Source: Chitinophagales bacterium
Lineage (GTDB): Bacteria; Bacteroidota; Bacteroidia; Chitinophagales; UBA10324
Direction: 5' to 3'
Assembly (NCBI GenBank): GCA_025056305.1
Contig: JANWWJ010000031.1
Coordinates: forward strand, 66,861-130,860
DNA length: 64,000 bases
Numbering within the stretch: the stretch's first letter is position 1; the number at the start of each line of letters is the position of its first letter. The notes under the pieces are model-generated. The model was not told the DNA's origin, made no database searches, and worked only from the letters and a program-made list of their open reading frames with translations. This document shows, piece after piece, positions 31,386 through 39,645 of this stretch. The position numbers were made by a program, and so were the translations under genes.

Positions 31386-31853
31386 ATGAAAACGACCAAA
31401 CTGCTTACGTTGCTGCCGCTGATCGCAGCACTTTTTTTTCTTTCTTGTAAAAAAGAAGAGCCTGAACTCGAACCAACATTGTACGAACGTTTGGGGGGAA
31501 TCAGTGCAATCACAGCCGTAGTAGATCAATTTCTCGTTAATGTGATTAACGATCCGGTCATAAACCACCGCTTTACTACGGCTAACGGCGAGGCCTTGCG
31601 CCTGCATCTGATTGACCAGATCTGTGAAGCCACCGGTGGCCCCTGTATCTATAAAGGATTATCTATGAAAGAAGCCCACAGCACAGCCACCAACCCCGGC
31701 GCCAACGTAGCAAACATTACGGATGAGGAATTCAACGCTCTGGTTGGCGATTTGGTCATGGCCATGAACACATTAAACGTACCAGCCGACTTGCAAAATG
31801 AGTTGTTGGCAATCCTGGCTCCGATGAAGGATGACATTGTGGGCAACCCCTGA
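31386..31853 (+). CDS. glbN: Group I truncated haemoglobin with lipoprotein signal peptide
   Basis: LYERLGGISAITAVVDQF...DP.INHRF, and later MKEAH...ITDEEFNALVGDL, the trHbN pattern. The N-terminus MKTTKLLTLLPLIAALFFLSC has a lipobox-like LSC. Confidence 0.8.
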   Translation: MKTTKLLTLLPLIAALFFLSCKKEEPELEPTLYERLGGISAITAVVDQFLVNVINDPVINHRFTTANGEALRLHLIDQICEATGGPCIYKGLSMKEAHSTATNPGANVANITDEEFNALVGDLVMAMNTLNVPADLQNELLAILAPMKDDIVGNP

Positions 31854-31892
31854 AGAAAATAAACATAACGTTTTTATTTAATGCTACTCCAT

Positions 31893-31915
31893 GCGGGCCT
31901 ATAGGCCGCTTTTTT
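31893..31915 (+). terminator. Intrinsic terminator after glbN
   Basis: GCGGGCC-TATA-GGCCGC hairpin immediately followed by TTTTTT. Confidence 0.6.
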
Positions 31916-31966
31916 AACTTATAATCTGGTTCTGCTGCACAGTCTGATGCCTAAAAGGTTGGGCTC

Positions 31967-31998
31967 AAAAAAAATCCCGATGCCTGAGCACCGGGATT
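31967..31998 (-). terminator. Intrinsic terminator after the transaldolase gene
   Basis: On the minus strand, AATCCCG-(12 nt)-CGGGATT followed by a run of 8 T (the plus-strand A-run at 31967-31974). Confidence 0.6.
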
Positions 31999-32037
31999 TA
32001 CCTCCTAACTATGGCTACGTTAGAGTCGGAGGGATTA

Positions 32038-32697
32038 TTAACTCTGCTGACTTTTTCGGTAATCGGCCAAAAAGCGTTCCAGACCTATATCGGTCATGGG
32101 GTGTTTAAGCAAACCCAGAATGCTTTCCAACGGACAGGTACAAACATCGGCACCGGCTTCGGCACATCGCACGATGTGCAATGGATTTCTGATGGAAGCT
32201 GCCAGCACTTGCGTACGAAAATCGTAGTTGCGGAAGATGTGAACGATTTGCTCGATAAGCTGAATGCCGTCCCAGTTTGAATCATCGATTCGGCCGATGA
32301 ACGGCGAAACATAATTGGCCCCTGCTTTAGCAGCAACTATAGCCTGGCCTGCACTGAACACCAGCGTACAGTTGGTTTTTATGTTGTTGTCACTACACCA
32401 CTTTAATGCTTTTACTCCTTCAGTAGTCATCGGAATTTTAACGATGATGGCAGGGTGAAGTGCCGATAGCCGCTTGGCTTCGTTAGTCATGCCGTCGAAG
32501 TCAGTAGAAATCACCTCGGCACTGACGTTTTTGCCCACCAGCTCGCAAATGGCCAGGTAATGCTTCCGGATGTTTTCCTCGCCTTTTATACCCTCTTTGG
32601 CCATTAAGGTGGGGTTTGTGGTAACCCCGTCCAGAATACCAAGCGCTAATGCCTGGCGAATCTGGTCAAGATTGGCAGTATCAATGAAAAACTTCAT
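32038..32697 (-). CDS. fsa: Fructose-6-phosphate aldolase / short-type transaldolase
   Basis: The MKFFIDTANLDQIR start, GVTTNPTL, VKIP.T.EG, and the 219-aa length are typical of the Tal/FSA subfamily. Confidence 0.9.
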   Translation of the reverse strand: MKFFIDTANLDQIRQALALGILDGVTTNPTLMAKEGIKGEENIRKHYLAICELVGKNVSAEVISTDFDGMTNEAKRLSALHPAIIVKIPMTTEGVKALKWCSDNNIKTNCTLVFSAGQAIVAAKAGANYVSPFIGRIDDSNWDGIQLIEQIVHIFRNYDFRTQVLAASIRNPLHIVRCAEAGADVCTCPLESILGLLKHPMTDIGLERFLADYRKSQQS

Positions 32698-32709
32698 GAC
32701 AAAAAAATT

Positions 32710-32808
32710 AGGGCAAGTGACTTTTATCGCACCGCTACAACCGCCTACCCTTGCTGCCTTCCGACCCTGGGGGTGTTCAGCAGGAGCTGGTCGTAAAAGG
32801 CTTGCCCT
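32710..32808 (-). ncRNA. ffs: Signal recognition particle RNA (small, 4.5S-type)
   Basis: The minus-strand transcript contains CAGGGUC-GGAA-GGCAGCAAGGGUAG. This matches the conserved SRP domain IV (GGAA tetraloop closed by GUC/GGC, with the AGCA symmetric-loop motif), as in E. coli CAGGUCCGGAAGGAAGCAGCCAAGGCAG. The terminal helix AGGGCAAG/CUUGCCCU encloses about 99 nt and is followed by a U7 run. The ends are approximate. Confidence 0.8.
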
Positions 32809-32921
32809 GTTGCAAATGTAAAAGGTGCATGCATTTGACCCATGAGATTTTTCGAAAAATAGTTTTGAACAAATCCTTGGGTATTTTTCTTCGAAAAAGA
32901 CATGAAAGAAATAAAGAGGCT

Positions 32922-34154
32922 TTAGACCATAAGTAGCTCAAAAACAGTAATTTCTGGCTTTATCCCTACTCTACCGCTGTAACCTACGAATCCTATGCCC
33001 CGGTTTACATATAAATACTTGTCATCCTGCTGATACAGGCCGGCCCATCGCGGGTAAAGCCACTGGGCAGGGCTCCAGCGAACTCCGGCTGTTTCCACCC
33101 CGAATTGAAAACCGTGGGTATGTCCACTGCAGGTGACTGCAATCGGAAGGGCAGCGCTTAGTATTTCAGCATCCCAATGCGTTGGGTCATGTGACAGCAA
33201 CAGCCTTACGGCAGCCTGCTCTGTACCTTTTAATGCCTTATTCAAATCTCCGTAGCGGCGAAAGCGTTTGTGTACACTCCAATTGTCCACACCCACCACA
33301 GCAATGCATTCGTCTCCCCTGCTGATGAGTGCATGTTCGTTTATCAGCAGCCGCCAACCCAATTGCCGGTAGGCATCAATCAAAGCCAGCTCGTCATGCT
33401 TGCGGTGTTGTTCATCGGGCCAGTTGTAGTAATCCCCAAAATCGTGGTTGCCCCGAACCGCATAAACGCCCAAGGGCGCCTGTATTTGTTTCAGTGCAGA
33501 TAAATAGGGGAAAATTTCATTGCTGCGGTTGTTGACCATATCGCCGGTGAAAAAGATCACGTCCGGTTTGAGTTCATTCAGTTTTTCAACCATCGTTTCT
33601 ACCGGTTTCAGACTCATGAAGCTACCCAGGTGTAAATCGCTGATCTGGGCGACCATCAATCCCTGAAAGGCTTTAGGTAAGCCACGCAGGCGCAGGGGCT
33701 GCCGCACAATGCGGATGTCATAAGCGGTGCGCACCATGCCATAGATGAATTGAACCGTCAACAGCCCGCCGCCAATCACGGCAAGTTGCGACAAGAATTT
33801 TTTTCGCGACAGCGAAACCGGTCCATTGGTTTTTGACGGGAAAACCTTTTCGCTAAGCCACCGCAACAAACGATACACATCTTCCATAATCATTAAACCC
33901 GCCACCGCAATGCGCGGCACATAATGGATAACCATCCAGCTCAACATTAAATTGCGCCATACTGAACCCAGGCGCTCCCATCCGTAGAAATAGAACACCA
34001 AGGGCACGGCTATTCCTGAAAGCGCCAAGAGCCAATAAAAGGCCCGGATTGTCTTGCCCCACGACCGCTTCCCTCTCAGAAGCGTGGCTACCGATTGATA
34101 GGCATATACATCGGTGGCCAACAACAATGCCACAGTAAGCAACAGGGCCATCAT
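32922..34154 (-). CDS. Membrane-anchored metallophosphoesterase (calcineurin-like)
   Basis: N-terminal TM helices, then the motifs ISDLHLG, FTGDMVN, GNHD and GHTHG. Confidence 0.85.
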   Translation of the reverse strand: MMALLLTVALLLATDVYAYQSVATLLRGKRSWGKTIRAFYWLLALSGIAVPLVFYFYGWERLGSVWRNLMLSWMVIHYVPRIAVAGLMIMEDVYRLLRWLSEKVFPSKTNGPVSLSRKKFLSQLAVIGGGLLTVQFIYGMVRTAYDIRIVRQPLRLRGLPKAFQGLMVAQISDLHLGSFMSLKPVETMVEKLNELKPDVIFFTGDMVNNRSNEIFPYLSALKQIQAPLGVYAVRGNHDFGDYYNWPDEQHRKHDELALIDAYRQLGWRLLINEHALISRGDECIAVVGVDNWSVHKRFRRYGDLNKALKGTEQAAVRLLLSHDPTHWDAEILSAALPIAVTCSGHTHGFQFGVETAGVRWSPAQWLYPRWAGLYQQDDKYLYVNRGIGFVGYSGRVGIKPEITVFELLMV

Positions 34155-34211
34155 AAGGCGTCAGCTGCAGCAAAGTTGAACCATCAACAAATACGACCAA
34201 ATTTGTCCGTG

Positions 34212-35858
34212 ATGAACAAATTGCTGTTGCCGCTTATTCTCAGTAGCCTAATGGTCTCTTCTAGTGAGGCGCAAGTCAACTCACCCACACCCGACCAGCT
34301 TTTACGAGGAGGCAACAACCCTCTACGCTCATGCTATGATGTTCACTCTTACTATCTTGACCTGAAAATCGACATTGGCCGCCGCTACATCACGGGCAGC
34401 AATCGCATCAGCTTCAAGGTGCTTAACGATTTTGACAGCCTTCAAATAGATCTGTTTTCCAATTTCACGGTGGACAGTATTGTCGGCATCCGCCAGCGTT
34501 TGGCTTATCGCCGTTTGCATAATTCAATCATCGTTTTTTTTCCAACAAGGCAACATACCGGGCAGCGGGATAGCCTGACGGTGTATTATCGAGGCACACC
34601 CCAAACCGCAGCAAAGCCTCCCTGGCAGGGAGGCTTTGTTTGGAAGAAAGACGCTCAGGGCCGCCCATGGGTAGGTGTGGCTTGCCAAGGGGTGGGAGCT
34701 TCTGTCTGGTTTCCCTGTAAAGACCAACTTGCCGACGAGCCTGCTGTTGTGTGGTTGAAATTTACGGTCCCCGCTGCACTTATTTGTGTAGCCAACGGTC
34801 GTTTGCTTTTTCGCGAGCAGACAGATAGCGTTTCAACCTGGTTGTGGCATGTTTCATATCCAATCAACACATATAATATTACCGTAAACCTTGCTCACTA
34901 TGCTCATTGGAGAGATGTATTACTTTTCAACTCCGACACACTCACTTTAGACTATTACGTTTTGGACTATAACCGTGCTGTTGCCGAGCCTCATTTGCAG
35001 CAAACACGGTCGCTGCTCACCTGCTTCAGTAGTTATTTCGGCACATATCCTTTTTTGCGTGATGGATTCAAACTTGTGGAAACGCCCTATTGGGGCATGG
35101 AACATCAAAGCGCAATCAGCTATGGCAATGAGTTCATCAACAACAAATGGGGATTTGATTTCATACTGGTTCATGAAACGGCGCATGAGTGGTGGGGCAA
35201 CCACGTTTCGGCTGCCGATTATGCCGACTTATGGCTGCACGAAGGGTTGGGAACCTATGCCGAAACTATCTACCTGGAGTGCCTGTCGGGCGACAGCTTA
35301 GCGCGTGAATACCTAAATCAGCAAGCGTTGCAAATTCGAAATCAGGTGCCCCTTGTCGGCCCTCGGGGCATCAACTACCGTTTTCCCGACAACGACATTT
35401 ATTATAAGGGCGCGTGGGTGATCCACACCTTTCGCAATGCCCTGAACAATGATGTTGTGTTCTTTCAGCTTTTGCAGAAGCTGCAGGAAACCTACGGAAT
35501 GCGCACCTTACTTACAGAGGATTTCATCGCTTTCGTCAATCAATTTACCGGCAACGATTGGACTGCATTTTTTCGTCAGTACCTCTGGCACGCACAGCCT
35601 CCCCGATTGCTGTATAGCGTGCACAAAAAGCGCAGGGGTACGCTGGTCCGGCTGCGTTGGAACAGCTCGGAAAACGGCTTTTCCCTACCGGTTGCCATCG
35701 CCGATTCCTATCGTTACGAGTGGGGGAAAATCTACCGCACCTTTCGTAGGGTTCCAGTCACTACCTCCTGGACACAACATTACCTGCCACACATCAAGCC
35801 CCATCAGTTTGAGATTCAACGAAACGGATATTTTTTAGTAGAAAAAATAAAAGATTGA
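34212..35858 (+). CDS. M1 family metallopeptidase (aminopeptidase N-like), secreted
   Basis: HETAHEWWGNHV (HExxHx18E with WLHEGLGTY) and a GMEHQS exopeptidase-like motif. The ATG at 34212 gives a signal peptide (…SSEAQ). The track N-terminus overlaps the divergent gene and is rejected. Confidence 0.85.
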   Translation: MNKLLLPLILSSLMVSSSEAQVNSPTPDQLLRGGNNPLRSCYDVHSYYLDLKIDIGRRYITGSNRISFKVLNDFDSLQIDLFSNFTVDSIVGIRQRLAYRRLHNSIIVFFPTRQHTGQRDSLTVYYRGTPQTAAKPPWQGGFVWKKDAQGRPWVGVACQGVGASVWFPCKDQLADEPAVVWLKFTVPAALICVANGRLLFREQTDSVSTWLWHVSYPINTYNITVNLAHYAHWRDVLLFNSDTLTLDYYVLDYNRAVAEPHLQQTRSLLTCFSSYFGTYPFLRDGFKLVETPYWGMEHQSAISYGNEFINNKWGFDFILVHETAHEWWGNHVSAADYADLWLHEGLGTYAETIYLECLSGDSLAREYLNQQALQIRNQVPLVGPRGINYRFPDNDIYYKGAWVIHTFRNALNNDVVFFQLLQKLQETYGMRTLLTEDFIAFVNQFTGNDWTAFFRQYLWHAQPPRLLYSVHKKRRGTLVRLRWNSSENGFSLPVAIADSYRYEWGKIYRTFRRVPVTTSWTQHYLPHIKPHQFEIQRNGYFLVEKIKD

Positions 35859-36563
35859 TTATGGTGAAAAATAATGCTCATACACCGACCAGTCGTACGG
35901 CAGAAATTCCAACCGATAAGCACGGTGTTGGCCGGCGTCCAAGCCATGATGCGACAAGATCAGCTTTTTAACGCCGTCGTATCCGCCGAAATCACCGTTG
36001 TACCAATTGAATATAGACGAAGCATAGATGGTGCACTCGTTGGTATCAACCCGCGTTTCGGTATCCAGAAAAAAGGAAGTGGCCAACTGCAAGTCTTGTT
36101 CCAGGGTACTGTCTGAAAAACATCTAATGGGCGGACAACTGGCGGCACCGCAGTTTAGGGCGAAATGAATGCGATAATCCAAAGGCACACGTAGCCGCCG
36201 TTGCCAACGGTCCGGAAAGGGATCTGTTAGGTATCCCCCACTCCACCAAACTTTAGAGTAGCGAAGCATGCCATGCTCGATATCATTCAACGATAGGTGT
36301 AACCCAGCAATGGTGATAACGCGTTGCTGGAAAAACGTGCGGCGGATGTCGTCTCGGGTCAGATCGGGCTTGTGTTGTTGGAGTAAGATCTGCACAAAGG
36401 CGTTGTAACAATTCAGCCAGAAGGCACGGCGGGCCACCTCGTCGCGAAGTTCAGCGGCCAGAACGTGGATATCGTAGTTTGCCAGTTGGTGCATGATGGG
36501 CTTTACGTCGCTGCCTTCACGAACCCCTGTAAGCAACGCTATGGATAATGCCAATGCTTTCAT
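35859..36563 (-). CDS. DUF547 domain protein
   Basis: [22 protein letters not shown] and [13 protein letters not shown] are the characteristic DUF547 motifs. ATGA overlap with the ltaE stop. Confidence 0.75.
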   Translation of the reverse strand: MKALALSIALLTGVREGSDVKPIMHQLANYDIHVLAAELRDEVARRAFWLNCYNAFVQILLQQHKPDLTRDDIRRTFFQQRVITIAGLHLSLNDIEHGMLRYSKVWWSGGYLTDPFPDRWQRRLRVPLDYRIHFALNCGAASCPPIRCFSDSTLEQDLQLATSFFLDTETRVDTNECTIYASSIFNWYNGDFGGYDGVKKLILSHHGLDAGQHRAYRLEFLPYDWSVYEHYFSP

Positions 36564-37591
36564 GCCGCAACCGGTTTAAATGCTTCCAAAGCTTCGACGA
36601 CATGAGTGACCATATCGTCTGTGATGTCCAAATGCGTAACCATGCGCACCTGCTGCGGGCCCGTTGCAACACATAAGATATTTTGCGATGCAAGATAACG
36701 GACCAATGTTGTGGCCGACAACGACTCAGCGAGCTCAAACAGGATGATGTTGGTATCCACCGGCCAGATGGTGCGCACCCAGCTTTGGCGTTGCAAGGCC
36801 TCGCCGATGTGACGGGCCCGCCGGTGGTCGTCGCGCAGTCGTTGCACATGATGATCCAAAGCGTAGATGCCGGCAGCTGCCAGGATGCCCGACTGACGCA
36901 TGGTTCCTCCAAACAGCTTTCGGTACCGCTTGGCCTTGAGGATGAATTCGGTACTTCCCAGCAGCACGGTTCCGGCCGGACAGCCCAATCCTTTCGATAG
37001 GCAAAACGAAATAGAATCGAAAAGCGGCCCTAATCGTTGTGGGGCCAGGTCTAATTCTACCAATGCATTAAAAATGCGGGCACCGTCTAAGTGAATCCAC
37101 AGGCCTGCTTTGCGGGCTGCGTCGCTTACGGCTTGCATCTGCTCCAGAGAATAAAAGCTGCCGCCTCCTCGGTTGCAAGTGTTTTCGATGACAACCAGCC
37201 TTGTGATGGGATGATGATCGTTTCGCATGTTGACGTTGGCCAAAACTTGTTCAGGCCGCAGTCGTCCCCGATCGCCCTGAACCGGACGTACCGAACAACC
37301 CGAATGGAATGCCATGCCGCCCGACTCCAATAAGTAAGTGTGGCTACTGGCTTCTACGATTATTTCATCACCGGGCTGCGTATGCGTCTTGATCGCTACT
37401 TGGTTGCTCATGGTGCCCGTAGGAAAAAACAAGCCCGCCTCCATACCAAAGAGGTCTGCAGCCTTCTGTTGCAGGGCATTCACTGTAGGATCATCGCCAA
37501 AAACATCATCCCCTAAGGGTGCTGCCATCATCGCTGCCTTCATGGCCGCCGTAGGCCGCGTTACTGTGTCGCTGCGCAAATCAATAACCAT
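36560..37591 (-). CDS. ltaE: Low-specificity L-threonine aldolase
   Basis: The [11 protein letters not shown] start, [12 protein letters not shown], and a CLSKGLG PLP-lysine region. Confidence 0.85.
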   Translation of the reverse strand: MVIDLRSDTVTRPTAAMKAAMMAAPLGDDVFGDDPTVNALQQKAADLFGMEAGLFFPTGTMSNQVAIKTHTQPGDEIIVEASSHTYLLESGGMAFHSGCSVRPVQGDRGRLRPEQVLANVNMRNDHHPITRLVVIENTCNRGGGSFYSLEQMQAVSDAARKAGLWIHLDGARIFNALVELDLAPQRLGPLFDSISFCLSKGLGCPAGTVLLGSTEFILKAKRYRKLFGGTMRQSGILAAAGIYALDHHVQRLRDDHRRARHIGEALQRQSWVRTIWPVDTNIILFELAESLSATTLVRYLASQNILCVATGPQQVRMVTHLDITDDMVTHVVEALEAFKPVAA

Positions 37592-37618
37592 GAGTAAAAA
37601 ATTGCATGAGCAAAATTC

Positions 37619-38230
37619 CTAATAGCCCAACAACTTACGCAAAAACTCTTCCATGAAGGCTGGCCGCAACATTGCCGTGAAGGCCAAACCAAACACGGCT
37701 CCGGTAAAGTGGGCGCTGTGGTTGATGTTGTCACCCCCGCGATAGCTCATGATGTGCGAATACGCCAAATACAGCACCCCCCAAACGATGGCAGGCATAG
37801 GCAGCATACCCATGAGAAATATGGTGTTGCGCGGGTCGATCAGCACAAAAGCAAACGTTACGGCCGACACCGCCCCTGAGGCACCCAAACTGGCGTACCA
37901 GCTCACGTGCCGGTAACGGAAATACGTGGGCAGGTCGCTCACAACTATGCCAGCGACATATAGCAAAATAAACAATGCCGTGCCCCAGGGATCAAAATAC
38001 AACTGGTAGTAACGGAGCACCACCGTTCCGAATGAATAAAGCACTAACATGTTAATGAGCAGATGCGGCCAGTTGGCATGAATCAAGCCAGAGGTGATAA
38101 AGCGCCACCATTCACCATGGTGGGCTATGGCATAAGGCCTCATGGCCATGCGTTCCAACAACAAAGGCTGTCGAAACCCCGAATAGGAAAACAACACGGT
38201 TATCAGGATAATGATCAGAACTACGGACAT
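37619..38230 (-). CDS. Rhomboid family intramembrane serine protease
   Basis: WRFITSGLIHANWPHLLINM, the catalytic GASGAV, and a distal H in HFTGAVFG, with 6 TM helices. Confidence 0.85.
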   Translation of the reverse strand: MSVVLIIILITVLFSYSGFRQPLLLERMAMRPYAIAHHGEWWRFITSGLIHANWPHLLINMLVLYSFGTVVLRYYQLYFDPWGTALFILLYVAGIVVSDLPTYFRYRHVSWYASLGASGAVSAVTFAFVLIDPRNTIFLMGMLPMPAIVWGVLYLAYSHIMSYRGGDNINHSAHFTGAVFGLAFTAMLRPAFMEEFLRKLLGY

Positions 38231-38313
38231 GAGCAGGGCGCCAAAGTATGCTAAAGAACCCGCACTTTAAGCCCCCCGGGGGAAGTGGGCTGATCAACAA
38301 TAATAGTGCCAAC

Positions 38314-38334
38314 AAAATAGCGAGATTTCGCTAT
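38314..38334. repeat. 21-nt repeat copy 1 (AAAATAGCGAGATTTCGCTAT) containing an 18-nt hairpin palindrome
   Basis: Read directly. ATAGCGA-GATT-TCGCTAT is a 7-bp-stem palindrome, and there is an identical 21-mer at 38720-38740. Confidence 0.85.
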
Positions 38335-38336
38335 TG

Positions 38337-38679
38337 GCATACCATACACGGCTATATTCTTTTGTATCCGCCATGATACCCAAATATGATGAAGCACAAC
38401 GATGGCAGCTCAAAGCTGTCCGTCGGTTTATATGGAGGCTTCAGGCGCTTCGGGGTCATGGGTATGCTATATACTTCAGGTTTGTGCCGGCGGAAAGACG
38501 GACGTGTGGAATATCAACTCATGGGGTGAGGCGAGGGCTAAATATCAATCCCAGCAGGCACCACATGTCTGGTTCCGCCGGCCCTGAAGGCTAAGCAGCG
38601 CAAGGGAAAAACAAACGAAACAACCCTATCGTATCCTAAGGCTGCCCGAATAAAAGGGCAGTTTATTTTTCTTTTTTTT
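38337..38679 (+). ncRNA. Candidate unclassified structured RNA (boundaries uncertain)
   Basis: Long-range complementary segments: GCATACC 38337-43 with GGTATGC 38461-67; GCCGGCGGAA 38486-95 with TTCCGCCGGC 38573-82; AGAC 38496-99 with GTCT 38567-70; GTGTGG 38504-09 with CCACAT 38561-66. The region ends in a strong terminator and has no convincing ORF. No known RNA family recognised. Confidence 0.3.
38642..38679 (+). terminator. Intrinsic terminator (plus strand) with no protein gene upstream
   Basis: CTGCCC-GAATAAAA-GGGCAG followed by TTTATTTTTCTTTTTTTT. Confidence 0.65.
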
Positions 38680-38719
38680 ATTCAATAAAAATTCATTTGT
38701 CTGCAAAATTCATACCGAA

Positions 38720-38740
38720 AAAATAGCGAGATTTCGCTAT
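38720..38740. repeat. 21-nt repeat copy 2 (AAAATAGCGAGATTTCGCTAT)
   Basis: Perfect match to 38314-38334, 406 bp downstream. Confidence 0.85.
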
Positions 38741-39071
38741 GGTGCCGCTGTGCTGCCTCTTGTTTTTTTACGGGTACTATGATGCTCTGTGGCACAGCAA
38801 GAGCCCCAATGAGCAATTAATGCTGCCATGAATCATTGTGTTCTGTTGTGCTGCTGTGCACGTAGTTATAAAGTATGGATCAGGAAATGTAGGTGAAAGG
38901 CAACCCAGGCGACGAGAAGAGGCGCTGTGCATACGCCCCTGATGTTGCCCATCTTTTTGGTGTTGCCTTTCACTTTTCCTGATGTAAGGAATTGGGGTTA
39001 CACCGCTTCCGCAGGCCTTCACGACCATTATAAAATGGCCAGATTACTTCTGTTATTATGAAAAGTTGTGC

Positions 39072-39500
39072 TCAATGTTCCAGATGATATGGATGACCAT
39101 GCATGATGGTAAAAGCACGGTACAATTGTTCAGCCAATACGACACGTGCCAGATGATGCGGCAGGGTCATGGGTGATAACGATAGCTTCCAATGGGCCTG
39201 TTGCAGCAAACGATCATCTATCCCATCGGGACCACCGATGACAAAAACCAAGTTTCGCCCCTCATTTATGCGTTGCTGTAGCCATTGAGCCAACTGATCG
39301 GAACTCATGCTCACGCCTCGCACGTCCAGGGCAACCACGACATCAGAACGGTTCAGCCAAGCTTGCTTTCCCGACTTCTTTTCCGCTAAAACACGGCTTT
39401 CTATGTTACAATACTTCCGTAGCCGCAACACATAGCGATTGTACAATTCCGTTGCCTGTGGATCTTTGGTTGTGGAAAGCAACACGATGCTGATCAACAT
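39072..39500 (-). CDS. rlmH: 23S rRNA (pseudouridine1915-N3)-methyltransferase RlmH
   Basis: SPOUT family. FVIGGPDG and C-terminal LSLSPMTLPHHLARVVLAEQLYRAFTIMHGHPYH match the RlmH pattern. Confidence 0.85.
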   Translation of the reverse strand: MLISIVLLSTTKDPQATELYNRYVLRLRKYCNIESRVLAEKKSGKQAWLNRSDVVVALDVRGVSMSSDQLAQWLQQRINEGRNLVFVIGGPDGIDDRLLQQAHWKLSLSPMTLPHHLARVVLAEQLYRAFTIMHGHPYHLEH

Positions 39501-39645
39501 GAGTCATGGCTGTTGCCAGTTGAAAAGTTAGGTGCTTTGTAAACCTGTTCCTTGACGCGGAAATGGGAAGTTGCACATAGTACCTGCGTGAAATGCGCCT
39601 TTGTAAGTTTTGAAAAGGCTAGTCAGTACTCCATCAGCGACTTAA

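Noticed and set aside
24344-35858. N-terminal extensions in the ORF track for nuoF (to 25828), nuoA (to 29233), the AbgT transporter (from 29108) and the M1 peptidase (from 34095)
   Set aside because: The extensions overlap neighbouring genes and have unnatural sequence. Internal ATGs give the canonical N-termini or signal peptides and sensible intergenic spacing.
38334-38594. 86-aa ORF (and nested 61-aa and 73-aa ORFs) in the spacer
   Set aside because: The composition is Arg/His/Gly-rich and not protein-like, and the start lies inside the palindromic repeat. The DNA is dominated by long-range complementarity, so RNA is more plausible than protein. It cannot be fully excluded.
38337-38679. 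RNase P RNA, tmRNA or 6S RNA as the identity of the structured spacer
   Set aside because: There is no GAGGAAAGUCCGG or ACAGAACCCGGCUUA (RNase P). There is no alanine-tag mini-ORF and no GGUUCGAnUCC T-arm/CCA end (tmRNA). The helices do not form the single long 6S-type hairpin. It is left unclassified.
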